From: Deltaproteobacteria bacterium
GTDB taxonomy: Bacteria; Myxococcota; Myxococcia; Myxococcales; 40CM-4-68-19
Direction: 5' to 3'
Length of the DNA: 64,000 nt
Assembly (NCBI GenBank): GCA_005879535.1
Contig: VBKI01000058.1
Span: 14,000-77,999 of the forward strand
In this document: one piece after another, positions 8,262 to 18,121 of the stretch
Position numbering within the stretch: position 1 is the stretch's first letter
Layout of the letters: each line of letters starts with the position of its first letter
Notes under the pieces: generated by a model
Database searches by the model: none
What the model was told of the DNA's origin: nothing
What the model saw: the letters and a program-made list of their open reading frames with translations, nothing else
Made by a program: the position numbers and the translations under genes

Positions 8262-9587
8262 ATGACCATCTCCCGGCGTAAACTGATCCAGGTGGCAGGC
8301 GCAGGCGCGGCCGCGCTCGCCTTGCCGAAGAAGACTTTCGCGGCGAAGAAGACACTGCGCATCCTGCAGTGGAACCACTTCGTCCCCGGCTACGACAAGT
8401 GGTTCAACGGCCAGTACGTGAAGGAGTGGGGCGAGAAGAACGACACCGAGGTGATCGTCGACAACGTCGGCATCCCCGCCATCAACCCCACCGCGGCCGC
8501 CGAGGTGTCGGCCAAGAAGGGCCACGACCTCTTCATGTTCCTCTGGCCGCGGCCGGCCTACGAAGAGGACGTGATCGACCACGGGGAGATCTACCAGGAG
8601 TGCGAGAAGAAGTACGGAAAGCCGATCGACCTGGCGATCAAGAGCACGTACAACCCGAAGACGAAGAAGTACTTCGGGTTCTCGGACATGTTCGTTCCCG
8701 ACCCGATCAACTACCGCATCGATCTGTTCCAGCAAGTCGGCGGCAACGTCGACAGCTGGGACAACATCCGCAAGTACGGAAAGATGATCAAGGACAAGAC
8801 CGGCGTCCCGGTCGGCATCGGCCAGGCGGCCGAGATCGACACCGCCATGGCGATGCGCGCCGTTCTCTACGCCTTCGGCGGCGGCGAGCAGGACGAGCAG
8901 GGCAACATCGTCCTCAACTCCAAGCAGACGGTGGAGGCGGTGAAGTTCGTCAAGGCGCTCTATCAGGAGACGATGACGCCGGAAGTGCTCTCCTGGGACG
9001 CTTCCTCGAACAACCGCGCCATGCTCGCCGGCAAGTCGTCGGTGGTGCTCAACGCCATCTCCGTCACCCGCGAGGGCGAGAACAAGAACATGATGGTGGA
9101 TGGTTCGCCGATCGCCGATCGCATCGGACTGGCGAAAGCGGCGCAGGGTCCGGCGCGGCGCATGGGCCTCGAGCACGTGATGTCGAACTTCGTCGTCTGG
9201 AAATTCGCCGAGAACATCGAGGGGGCGAAGAAGTTCCTCGTCGACCTGATCGGGAATTTCCACAGGGCCTACGACGCGAGCGAGTACTACAACTTCCCCT
9301 GCTTCCCCAAGCAGGTGCCAGATCTCAAGGAGACGCTGGCCAACGACAAGAAGGGCAAGCCGGCGGGAAAGTACAGCGTCCTCGCCGACGCGCAGCAATG
9401 GGCCACCAACGTCGGGTTCCCCGGCTACGCGAACGCCGCCATCGACGAGATCTACTCGACCTGGGTGCTCAACACGATGTTCGGCCAGGCCTCCACCGGC
9501 GCGATGTCTCCGGAGGACGCGGTCAAGGAAGCGGACGCGAAGTGCCGCAAGATCTGGCAGAAGTGGAAGGAGCGGAAGCTTCTATAA
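8262..9587 (+). CDS. ABC transporter extracellular solute-binding protein (sugar/family-1 type) with a Tat-like signal
   Basis: AAGGAG RBS 9 nt upstream. MTISRRKLIQVAGAGAAALALPKKTFA is a twin-arginine leader. Size and context fit a CUT1-type binding protein. Confidence 0.8.
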   Translation: MTISRRKLIQVAGAGAAALALPKKTFAAKKTLRILQWNHFVPGYDKWFNGQYVKEWGEKNDTEVIVDNVGIPAINPTAAAEVSAKKGHDLFMFLWPRPAYEEDVIDHGEIYQECEKKYGKPIDLAIKSTYNPKTKKYFGFSDMFVPDPINYRIDLFQQVGGNVDSWDNIRKYGKMIKDKTGVPVGIGQAAEIDTAMAMRAVLYAFGGGEQDEQGNIVLNSKQTVEAVKFVKALYQETMTPEVLSWDASSNNRAMLAGKSSVVLNAISVTREGENKNMMVDGSPIADRIGLAKAAQGPARRMGLEHVMSNFVVWKFAENIEGAKKFLVDLIGNFHRAYDASEYYNFPCFPKQVPDLKETLANDKKGKPAGKYSVLADAQQWATNVGFPGYANAAIDEIYSTWVLNTMFGQASTGAMSPEDAVKEADAKCRKIWQKWKERKLL

Positions 9588-9599
9588 AAGCCGTCCTTC

Positions 9600-10634
9600 A
9601 TGGCAATCGTCGAGACGAAGCAGATCAAGAAGGTCTTCGCCGATCACACCACCGCCGTCGATGGCGTCGATCTGATCACCCGGGAGGGCGAGTTCCTCGT
9701 CCTCCTCGGTCCGAGCGGCTGCGGCAAGACCACGCTGTTGCGGATGATCGCCGGGCTGGAGCAGCAGACCAGCGGCGACATCGTCATCGGCGGCACGGTG
9801 GTCAACGACCTTCCCCCGCGCGAGCGGAAGATCGCCATGGTCTTCCAGAGCTACGCGCTCTATCCGCACCTCACGGTGGCGAAGAACATCGCCTTTCCGC
9901 TCAAGGCCGCCGATACGCCCAAGGAGCAGATCGAGGGCCGGGTGCAGAAGGCGGCGTCGATGTTCGGGATCGAGCGCCTTCTCCACCGGAAGCCGCGTCA
10001 GCTCTCCGGCGGCGAGCGGCAGCGGGTGGCGCTCGCGCGGGCGATGGTGCGCGAGCCGTCGGTGTTCCTGCTCGACGAGCCGCTCTCCAACCTGGACGCG
10101 AAGCTGCGCACCAGCGCCCGCGACGAGCTGCAGCACTTCCAGCGTCGCCTGGGAACCACGACCATCTACGTCACCCATGATCAGGTCGAGGCGATGGGCC
10201 TCGGGCACCGCATCGCGGTGATGAACAAGGGCAAGGTGCGCCAGCTGGGGCCGCCGCAGGAGGTGTACAACGACCCCGCCGACACCTTCGTCGCGGGGTT
10301 CCTCGGCTCGCCGCCGATGAACTTCTTCGAGCGCAACGGGGCGTTGGTCGGGTTCCGCCCCGAGCAGATGCTGCCCAAGGCCGCGTACTCGACGCAGGAG
10401 CCCCTGGTGCACGTCTGGTTTCGAGTGGACCGCGTGGAAAACCTGGGCGCGGACCGGCTGCTGTACGGGTCTTTGCGCGACCTCGCGCCCGAAGTGAAGA
10501 TGATCATCAATCTTCCCTTCACCGTCCACCTCCCCATCACCGAAGGACAGGCGTACGAGTTCTCGGTCAAGGAACGTGATTTGAAGTTCTTCGACAAGGA
10601 AAGCGGGCTGCGGATCGCGCCGAGGCCGCTGTGA
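9600..10634 (+). CDS. ABC transporter ATP-binding protein (MalK/UgpC type)
   Basis: GPSGCGKTT Walker A, LSGGERQRVALARAM signature, FLLDEPLSNLD Walker B, and a C-terminal regulatory extension as in MalK. Confidence 0.9.
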   Translation: MAIVETKQIKKVFADHTTAVDGVDLITREGEFLVLLGPSGCGKTTLLRMIAGLEQQTSGDIVIGGTVVNDLPPRERKIAMVFQSYALYPHLTVAKNIAFPLKAADTPKEQIEGRVQKAASMFGIERLLHRKPRQLSGGERQRVALARAMVREPSVFLLDEPLSNLDAKLRTSARDELQHFQRRLGTTTIYVTHDQVEAMGLGHRIAVMNKGKVRQLGPPQEVYNDPADTFVAGFLGSPPMNFFERNGALVGFRPEQMLPKAAYSTQEPLVHVWFRVDRVENLGADRLLYGSLRDLAPEVKMIINLPFTVHLPITEGQAYEFSVKERDLKFFDKESGLRIAPRPL

Positions 10635-11533
10635 GGACCGCCGACAGCCCGAATGCGCTGGCGCGCATCCTCATTGCCCCGGCGCTGATCTACATCGGCG
10701 CGGTCATCGGCGTTCCCTTCATCCTCTCGCTCTGGTTCGCCGTCAGCGACGTGACCGTCAGTTCCGCCGCCGGGAACTTCGTCGGGCTGGAGAACTTCCG
10801 CTCTGCGCTCGACGACCCGTCGTTCCGGCGGGCGCTCCGGAACACGTTCCTCTTCGCGGTGGTCTCGCAGGTGATCGTGGTGATCCTCGCCACCACTCTG
10901 GCGGTCGCGCTGCAGAAGGACTTCAAGGGAAAGTGGGTCGTCCGCCTGCTGATACTCCTGCCCTGGGTGGCGCCGGTCTCGCTCGGCAGCATCGGCTGGT
11001 TGTGGATCCTCGACTCCATCTACAGCGTCATCAATTACGGCCTGTACCACTGGGTCCACGTCTGCGGCCCGGAGCCGGGGATGACCTCCTGCCCGGTCTG
11101 GCTGGGGCAACCGTCGCTCGCAATGGCTTCCATCATTGGCGTCCAGGTCTGGCGGACGCTGCCGCTCGCCACCGTCATCAACCTGGGCGGCCTCAGCTCG
11201 ATCCCGCAAGACATCCACGATGCGGCGAGCATCGACGGCGCGGGGTTCTTCCGCACGATGTTCCAGATCACGATTCCGCTGGTCCTCCCGATCCTGCTGG
11301 TGGCGGTGCTCTTCGGATTCGTCTTCGCCTTCACCGACATGATCGTCGTCTGGGTGCTCACCCGCGGCGGTCCTTACGACATGACGCAGGTGCTCGCGTC
11401 GCTGGCGTTCTTCAAGGGCATCGACGGAGGCGACCTCGCCGGAGCGTCTGCGATCGCGCTCTTCCTCTTTCCCGTGCTCGCCGCGGCCGCCATCCTGCTC
11501 CTGCGACTCGCGCGCCGGGCGGAGGTCATATGA
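10631..11533 (+). CDS. Sugar ABC transporter permease (MalF/UgpA-like)
   Basis: 300 aa with about six TM segments and the EAA-like loop DIHDAASIDGAGFFRTMFQITIP. 4-nt overlaps with both neighbours. Confidence 0.85.
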   Translation: MRTADSPNALARILIAPALIYIGAVIGVPFILSLWFAVSDVTVSSAAGNFVGLENFRSALDDPSFRRALRNTFLFAVVSQVIVVILATTLAVALQKDFKGKWVVRLLILLPWVAPVSLGSIGWLWILDSIYSVINYGLYHWVHVCGPEPGMTSCPVWLGQPSLAMASIIGVQVWRTLPLATVINLGGLSSIPQDIHDAASIDGAGFFRTMFQITIPLVLPILLVAVLFGFVFAFTDMIVVWVLTRGGPYDMTQVLASLAFFKGIDGGDLAGASAIALFLFPVLAAAAILLLRLARRAEVI

Positions 11534-12372
11534 GCGCGCGGGACAAGGGCGCGAAGGTCGCCCACCGGGGGCTGCTCGTCCTGTTCAGCATGTTCGCGGC
11601 GTTTCCTTTCGCCTGGATGCTGATCACCACCTTCAAGAAGACCAACGATCTCTTGAACCCGAACAGCTTCCCATTCGGGTATCCGCAGGGGCCGACGCTC
11701 GAGAACCTGAAGGTCCTCTTCGAGGAGACGCTGTTCGTCCGCTGGATCGGGAACACGGCGTTCGTCGGCGTGCTGGTCGTGATCATCACGCTGCTCTTGG
11801 CAGTGCCCGCCGGATACGCCCTGGCCCGGCTCAGCGGGACCTTCGGGGAGCAGCTCGGGATCGGGATCTTCCTCACCTACCTGGTGCCGCCGACCATCCT
11901 CTTCATTCCGCTGGCGAAAGTGGTCAGCACGCTGCACCTGCAGGACAACCTCTGGGCGCTGGTGCTGACCTACCCGAGCTTCACCATCCCCTTCTGCACA
12001 TGGCTGATGATGGGGTTCTTCAAGGCAATTCCCAAGGACATCGAGGAAGCGGCGATGGTCGACGGAATGAGCCGCCTCGGCGCTTTCGTGCGCGTGATTC
12101 TGCCGATGTCGGTGGCCGGCCTGCTGACCGTGGTGATCTTCAGCTTCACGCTGGTCATGCAAGAGTTCGTCTACGGGCTCACCTTCATCAATAGCGGCCG
12201 CAACTTCACCGTCAGCGTCGGCGTCCCCTCATTCCTCGTCCGTGGGGACGTCTACTTCTGGGGCTCCCTGATGGGCGCCTGCTTCATCGCCAGCGTGCCC
12301 ATCGCCTTCCTCTACAACCTGTTCGTCGACCGCTTCATCGCCGGCTTCACGGTCGGGGCGGTGAAAGGGTGA
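11530..12372 (+). CDS. Sugar ABC transporter permease (MalG/UgpE-like)
   Basis: 280 aa from MSARDKGAKV (ATG overlaps the previous TGA). EAA loop DIEEAAMVDGMSRLGAFVRVILP. Confidence 0.85.
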   Translation: MSARDKGAKVAHRGLLVLFSMFAAFPFAWMLITTFKKTNDLLNPNSFPFGYPQGPTLENLKVLFEETLFVRWIGNTAFVGVLVVIITLLLAVPAGYALARLSGTFGEQLGIGIFLTYLVPPTILFIPLAKVVSTLHLQDNLWALVLTYPSFTIPFCTWLMMGFFKAIPKDIEEAAMVDGMSRLGAFVRVILPMSVAGLLTVVIFSFTLVMQEFVYGLTFINSGRNFTVSVGVPSFLVRGDVYFWGSLMGACFIASVPIAFLYNLFVDRFIAGFTVGAVKG

Positions 12373-12404
12373 AAGGTTGAAGACCCAACCTTTCGATAAG
12401 ACCC

Positions 12405-12437
12405 TAGTCGCGGCCGCCGAAGGCGGCTTAGCGACTA
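12405..12437 (+). terminator. Strong stem-loop after the sugar ABC operon
   Basis: TAGTCGC-g-GCCGCC-gaa-GGCGGC-tta-GCGACTA. A smaller hairpin, AAAGGTT..AACCTTT, lies at 12372-12393. No strong T-run follows. Confidence 0.5.
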
Positions 12438-12529
12438 CGCTCCAGCCGGTATTTTGCTCGGCGGCATATTGACAACCGGTCCGGTACGACGGCAGGCTTT
12501 CGCCGCTTTCTTACAACAAGGAGCTCCCC

Positions 12530-15500
12530 GTGAGGCGCAGGACCTTTTTGAAGGGTTCGGCAGCAACGGTTGGCGGAGCGGTCGCACTCGGGTTCGATCT
12601 CAGGAATGCGCGCGCGGAGATGCGCGAGTTGAAGATCGCCCGGACTACGGAGACGAGAAGCACCTGCCCGTACTGCGCGGTTTCCTGCGGCGTGATCATC
12701 CACACGCTGGGGGACAAGGCGAAGAACGTGAAGCCGGCGGTGGTGCACGTCGAGGGCGACCCGGACCACCCGATCAATCGCGGCACCCTCTGTCCCAAAG
12801 GCGCGACGCTGCGCGACGACATCAACAATCCGAATCGGCTGACCGTCCCCAAGGTGCGCCGTCCCGGCTCCGACAAGTGGGAGGAGATCTCCTGGGACGA
12901 CGCGATCGCGCAGATCGCCCGCCACATCAAGGCGACGCGCGACCGCACATTCGTGGCCAAGAACGCGAAGGGCCAGGTGGTGAACCGGACGCCCGGCATC
13001 GGGATGATCGGCGGCTGCACGGATACCAACGAGTTCAACTGGCTGCAGTGGAAGTTCATCACCGCCATCGGGATTCCCTACCGGGACTCCCAAGCAAGAG
13101 TTTGACACGGTCCCACGGTGGCCAGTTTGGCCGCCACGTTTGGCCGCGGGGCGATGACCAATGGCTGGGTCGACATCAAGAACGCCGATGTCATCCTGAT
13201 CATGGGGTCGAACGCCGCGGAGAATCACCCGTGCGGGTTCAAGTGGGCGATCGAGGCCAAGAAGAACCGCAATGCGAAGCTGGTCTCGGTGGATCCGCGG
13301 TACACGCGCACGTCGGCGGTATCGGATATCTACGCGCCGATCCGGCCGGGCACCGACATTGCGTTCCTCAACGGCCTCATCCGGCACGCGCTGAACACCG
13401 GCCGCTTCCACGAGGAGTACGTCCGGATCCACACCAACGGTCCGTACGTCATCAACGAGAAGTACGACTTCAAGGACGGCCTTTTCAGCGGCTTCGACGG
13501 GTCGAAAGGCGAGTACGACAAGAACGCCTGGCAGTACGAGCCGGATCCGAAGACCAGCGCATACATGGTCGACAAGGAGATGAAGAACCCCCGGTGCGTC
13601 TTCCAGCTTTTGAAGAAGCACGTCGAGCGGTACACGCCCGAGATGGTAGAGAGGATCTGCGGTACGCCGAAGGATCAGTTCCTCAAGGTGGCGGACGTGG
13701 TCACCTCGACGGGCAACGCGGCGCGCGCGGGCACCATCATGTACGCGCTGGGATGGACGCAGCACTCCACCGGCGTGCAGATCATCCGGGCCGCCGCCAC
13801 GCTGCAGCTCGTCCTCGGCAACGTCGGGCGTCCGGGAGGCGGAGTGAACGCGCTGCGCGGGCATTCCAACATCCAGGGCGCGACGGACATGGCGGGCACC
13901 TTCGAGATCCTGCCGGGTTATCTAAAAACGCCGACGGGGGCCACGCAGACGCTCGCGGAGTATCTCGAGAAGGGTCCCCCCACCACGCTGAACAAGCAAG
14001 CGTGGCCGTCGATGAACTACTGGCAGAACTATCCCAAGTTCATGGTCTCGCTGCTCAAGGCCACCTATGGGGCCAAGGCGACCAAGGACAACGACTGGGG
14101 CTTCGAGTGGCTGCCGAAGGTCGATGGCAACTACTCGTGGATGTACATCTTCGACGACATGTACCGCGGCAACTCCCAGCGCGCCGGCGGCACGGAGCCA
14201 GGGCCTGAAGGATTCATCACGTTCGGCATGAATCCGGTCGGGATCGGGCCCAACAGCTCGAAGATGATCAATGCGCTCGCCAAGCTGAAGTGGATGGTCG
14301 TCGGCGAGAACTACGAGATCGAGACCGCCACGTTCTGGAAGGCGCCGAAGAAGTACGGCGGTCCGGAAACGTCGCAGATCCAGACCGAGGTCTTCCAGCT
14401 GCCCTGCTCGGGTTTCGCGGAGAAGGACGGCACGTTCACCAACTCGGCCCGCTGGATGCAGTGGAAGTGGAAGGCGATCGATCCGCCCGGACAGGCGAAG
14501 ACCGACCAGGAAGTGCTCGGGCGCATCCTCCTCGCGGTCCGCGCCCTGTATCAGAAGGAGGGCGGAGCGAATCCGGAACCGGTGCTCAACCTCGACTGGA
14601 GCTACACAAATCCGTACGCGCCGGACCTGGCCGAAGCGCTCAAGGAGATCAACGGCAAGGCCGTCGAGGACATCAAGGACCCGAAGGATCCGACGAAGAT
14701 CGTCAAGAAGAAGGGCGATCAGCTCGACGGGTTCGCCCAGTACATGGACGACGGCAGCACCATGGGTGGGAACTGGCTGCACGCTGGCGTCTACACCAGC
14801 GCGGGCAATCTGGCGCAGCGGCGCAACAATGCCGACCCGATGGGGCTCGGCATGTTCCACGAGTGGGGCTTCAGTTGGCCGGCGAACCGGCGCATCATGT
14901 ACAACCGCGCCTCGGCGGACGCGAACGGGAAGCCGTGGGATCCTTCGCGGCCGGGCATCGTTTGGAACGGCGAGAAGTGGGTGGGCGACGTTCCGGACAT
15001 CAAGCCGGATTCGCCGCCGGGCCAGTTCGGCGCCTTCATCATGAATCCGGAGGGTGTCGGGCGGCTGTACTCGCCGGTGCTCAACGACGGGCCTTTCGCC
15101 GAGCACTACGAGGCGGTCGAGGCGCCCATCGACAACCCGCTGCACCCGAAGGTGACGTCCAACCCGGCGACGAAGAAATTCAGCTCGAACAAGGACGTCT
15201 ACGGCGGGCGCGACGAGTTCCCGGTCGTCTGCACCACGTACCGGCTCACCGAGCATTACCACTATTGGACGCACCACACGAACATCCTCAACCAGCTGCA
15301 GCCGGGGTTTTTCATCGAGATCCCGGAGGAGCTGGCGAAGGAGAAGGGGATCAAGAACGGCTCGCTGGCACGCGTAACCTCGGCGCGCGGCTCCATCGAG
15401 GGTGTGGCGATGGTCACGCGCCGCATCCACCAGCTCAACGTCGACGGCAAGCGCGTCTGGCACATCGGCTTCCCGCTGCATTGGGGATACGCGGGCGATC

Positions 15501-15619
15501 CCAACCACATCGGGCCGCTGGCGAACTTCCTCACGCCATCGGCGATGGACCCGAACACCTGGACGCCTGAGTACAAGACCTTCCTCGTCAAGCTCGAGAA
15601 GGTGGAGGGGGTGGCCTAA
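12530..15619 (+). CDS. fdnG: Formate dehydrogenase-N/O type catalytic alpha subunit, selenocysteine-containing (TGA at 13103-13105 read as Sec)
   Basis: GTG start with AAGGAG RBS. Tat leader MRRRTFLKGSA and a 4Fe-4S motif CPYCAVSCG. The track ORF 12530-13105 ends ...YRDSQARV-TGA and continues in the same frame as HGPTVASLAATFGRGAMTNGW (track ORF 13118-15619). This is the conserved Sec context of FdnG/FdoG. Confidence 0.92.
13117..13135 (+). promoter_or_regulatory. SECIS-like hairpin downstream of the fdnG UGA
   Basis: GGTGGCCA-gtt-TGGCCGCC (8 bp including one G-U pair), beginning 12 nt after the UGA. Confidence 0.55.
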
Positions 15620-16503
15620 TGGCTCTCCAGGGACTCGAGATTCGTCGCTCCTCCGCCACCCTCCGGGGCGGAGGCACCGGGCTGCGCAAGATGCCGACGG
15701 TGGCCAAGTACATCGACACGACCATCTGCATCGGCTGCAAGGCGTGCGAGGTCGCGTGCCAGGAATGGAACGACCTGCCGCTGGCGCGCACGGAGCAGAC
15801 CGGGACGTACCAGACGCTGCCGACGCTGGCGGCCAACTACTGGAACCTGATCCAGTTCCGGGAGATCGAAACGAAGGCGGACGGCCTGTCCTGGCTGATG
15901 CGCAAGGACCAGTGCATGCACTGCGACGAGCCGGGCTGCCTCGAGGCCTGTCCAGCGCCCGGCGCCATCATCCAGTACGTCAACGGAATCGTCGACGTGG
16001 ATCCGGAGCGCTGCATCGGCTGCGGGCTCTGCGAGACCGGGTGTCCGTTCGATGTGCCTCGCTACGCGCAGGGCACCAACAAGATGGCGAAGTGCACGCT
16101 CTGCGTGGATCGCGTATCGGTCGGGTTGGAGCCGGCGTGCATCAAGGCGTGCCCCACCGGATGCCTGCAGTTCGGCGACAAGGCTTCGCTGGTGGAAGTG
16201 GCGAAGCACCGCGTGGACCAGCTGAAGTCGAACGGGTACGCGACGGCGTCGTACTACGATCCGCAGGGCGTCGGCGGCACCGGCGTCATCACCGTCCTGA
16301 AGCACGGCGACCACCCGGAGTGGTACGGGCTTCCGAAGGACCCGACGGTGCCGACCACCGTCAGCGTCTGGAAGCGCGTGCTGCATCCCATCGGGTTCAT
16401 CGCCATGGCGGCGGCGGTGTTCGGCGCCATCGGCCATTTCATGGCCTTCGGTCCGAAGAAGCCCCAGGACACGGCGCGGGAGACCGAGGGAGACCAGGTA
16501 TGA
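15619..16503 (+). CDS. fdnH: Formate dehydrogenase iron-sulfur beta subunit
   Basis: Four ferredoxin-type Cys clusters (CIGCKACEVAC, CMHCDEPGC, CIGCGLCETGC, CTLC...C) and a C-terminal TM helix. The ATG overlaps the fdnG TAA. Confidence 0.92.
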   Translation: MALQGLEIRRSSATLRGGGTGLRKMPTVAKYIDTTICIGCKACEVACQEWNDLPLARTEQTGTYQTLPTLAANYWNLIQFREIETKADGLSWLMRKDQCMHCDEPGCLEACPAPGAIIQYVNGIVDVDPERCIGCGLCETGCPFDVPRYAQGTNKMAKCTLCVDRVSVGLEPACIKACPTGCLQFGDKASLVEVAKHRVDQLKSNGYATASYYDPQGVGGTGVITVLKHGDHPEWYGLPKDPTVPTTVSVWKRVLHPIGFIAMAAAVFGAIGHFMAFGPKKPQDTARETEGDQV

Positions 16504-17195
16504 GCGAGCTGCGCATTCCCGGGGCGTCGCATGTGACCGGACCGACGGTGATGGACGTCGCCCGGGCGCGGGAGGACGTGCTCGTCGGAGACGAGATCGT
16601 CCGTCATCGTCTCTCTTCCCGGGTGATCCACTGGGTGGTCGCGGTGTTCTTCTTCGGCGCGCTGCTCAGCGGGATGCCGATCTGGTCCCCGGTCTTCGGC
16701 TGGATGGCCCACCTGTTCGGCGGGCTTTCCGTCTGCCGCTGGCTGCACGCCTGGCTGGGAGTGGCGTTCGCGGCCGCCACGGCTGTGATGTTCGTCCTCT
16801 GGATGCGGGACATGGTGTTCGACAAGCACGACCGCAAATTCAACGTGATCCAGTACCTCCGGTTCTCTCAGGCGGAGGATCCCGACGTCGGCAAATACAA
16901 TGCCGGACAGAAGTTCTTCTTCTGGATGGTCGCCGTGACGGGGTTGGTGATCTTGCTGACGGGCATCGTGCTCTGGTGGCCGACCTACTTCAACCAGACG
17001 CTGCGCTCGATCTCCATCCTGCTGCACGACGTCTGCTTCATCGGGTTCTTCGCGGCCATCGTCGGGCACATCTATCTCGGCACGGCGGCGGAGCCGGGGA
17101 CGTTCCGGTCGATGACCCGGGGAACCGTCAGCCGGCCGTGGGCGAGGCTGCATCACCCGCGATGGTACCGGGACGTGACGGGTGAGCGACCCTGA
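16500..17195 (+). CDS. fdnI: Formate dehydrogenase cytochrome b556 gamma subunit
   Basis: 231 aa from MSELRIPGAS. Four TM helices with conserved His (VIHWVV, LHAWLG, LLHDVCF, IVGHIYLG). ATGA overlap with fdnH. Confidence 0.85.
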   Translation: MSELRIPGASHVTGPTVMDVARAREDVLVGDEIVRHRLSSRVIHWVVAVFFFGALLSGMPIWSPVFGWMAHLFGGLSVCRWLHAWLGVAFAAATAVMFVLWMRDMVFDKHDRKFNVIQYLRFSQAEDPDVGKYNAGQKFFFWMVAVTGLVILLTGIVLWWPTYFNQTLRSISILLHDVCFIGFFAAIVGHIYLGTAAEPGTFRSMTRGTVSRPWARLHHPRWYRDVTGERP

Positions 17196-17901
17196 GCAGC
17201 GGGCGCTGCAGCTCGCGCAGGAGCATCCGGGCTCGGCCGAGCTGCTGCGATTCGCCGCCGGCCTTCTGAAGGCGCAGGGATCGCTGCGGGCGCCGGAGTT
17301 GGGCACCGTCGCAGCGGCGGCGCGGCCGGTGCTCGAATACTGCGCGCGCAGCGGGCCGCCCGAGCTGGGGGCGGATGCGCGGAAGATGCTTGCGGACGGC
17401 GGCACGTTCGACGGCCGCATCCGGGCGTACTGGGAGACAGGGGAGTTCGATTACCTCGCCCGCGCAGCGCTCCAGCCCTACGCGCGGATGCTGCGCGAGA
17501 CTGGACAGTCTCCCGACCGGAGGGTGCTGGGCACCTGTGTGTTCTGCGGGAGCGAGGCCTGGATTGCTTCGCGGCGCATTCCGCCGGGGCCCGGGACCGG
17601 TGAGGGGTCGCTGCGGATGCTCCACTGCGCGCTGTGCGCCTTTACCTGGCAGGTAGGCCGCATCCGCTGCCCGTCGTGCGGCGAGGAGGACCCCGACAAG
17701 CTCCCGTCCTTCACCGCTCCGCCGCATACCGGCGTGCGGGTCGAGGCGTGCGAGAGCTGCAAGACGTACGTCAAATCAATCGACCTGAGCCTCGACGCCC
17801 GCCGGGTTCCGGAGATCGACGAGCTGGTGTCGCTGTCGATGGACCTCTGGGCGACAGAGCAGGGGTACGCACGGATGGAACCGGGATTGGCCGGACTGTA
17901 G
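17182..17901 (+). CDS. fdhE: Formate dehydrogenase accessory protein FdhE
   Basis: Paired CxxC motifs (CVFCGS, CALCAFTW, CPSCGE, CESCKTYVK), which is the typical FdhE arrangement. GTG start overlaps the fdnI end. Confidence 0.85.
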   Translation: MSDPEQRALQLAQEHPGSAELLRFAAGLLKAQGSLRAPELGTVAAAARPVLEYCARSGPPELGADARKMLADGGTFDGRIRAYWETGEFDYLARAALQPYARMLRETGQSPDRRVLGTCVFCGSEAWIASRRIPPGPGTGEGSLRMLHCALCAFTWQVGRIRCPSCGEEDPDKLPSFTAPPHTGVRVEACESCKTYVKSIDLSLDARRVPEIDELVSLSMDLWATEQGYARMEPGLAGL

Positions 17902-17928
17902 CGGTCGGCCTCTAGCCCACTGGGGCGG

Positions 17929-17948
17929 AACTCGCCCCGGGGCGAGTT
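17929..17948. repeat. Perfect 20-bp palindrome AACTCGCCCCGGGGCGAGTT, copy 1
   Basis: Self-complementary. The identical sequence recurs at 19357-19376 and 19394-19413, and the flanking G/C...GA is also conserved. Confidence 0.95.
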
Positions 17949-18006
17949 GACTATTCGACAACCGTTCCACAGCATGGGCGATCTGTCGCACGACCTCCCA
18001 TTCGAC

Positions 18007-18047
18007 ACCTCATCCACCTCATCAACTCATCACCTCATCACCTCATC
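18007..18047. repeat. Tandem octamer repeat (A)CCTCATC x5
   Basis: acctcatc-c-acctcatc-aactcatc-acctcatc-acctcatc, read directly from the sequence. Lies 75-115 bp upstream of the HNH ORF. Confidence 0.9.
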
Positions 18048-18121
18048 GTATCGCGATGGAGATCCGCAGCCGTGTGGCGTGATCGGCACCGTCGAGTAAC
18101 GACGTCATCCTTGCGCAGGGC

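Noticed and set aside
7731-9398. 555-codon minus-strand ORF, and similar long antisense ORFs (12428-13864, 13922-15508, 31001-32983, 33509-35284, 39176-41791, 49038-50702, 52501-55227, 58278-60020, 60713-62149)
   Set aside because: All lie opposite or overlapping genes that have clear family motifs. Their translations are Arg/Gly/Pro/Asp-rich low-complexity sequence typical of stop-codon-poor shadow frames in high-GC DNA.
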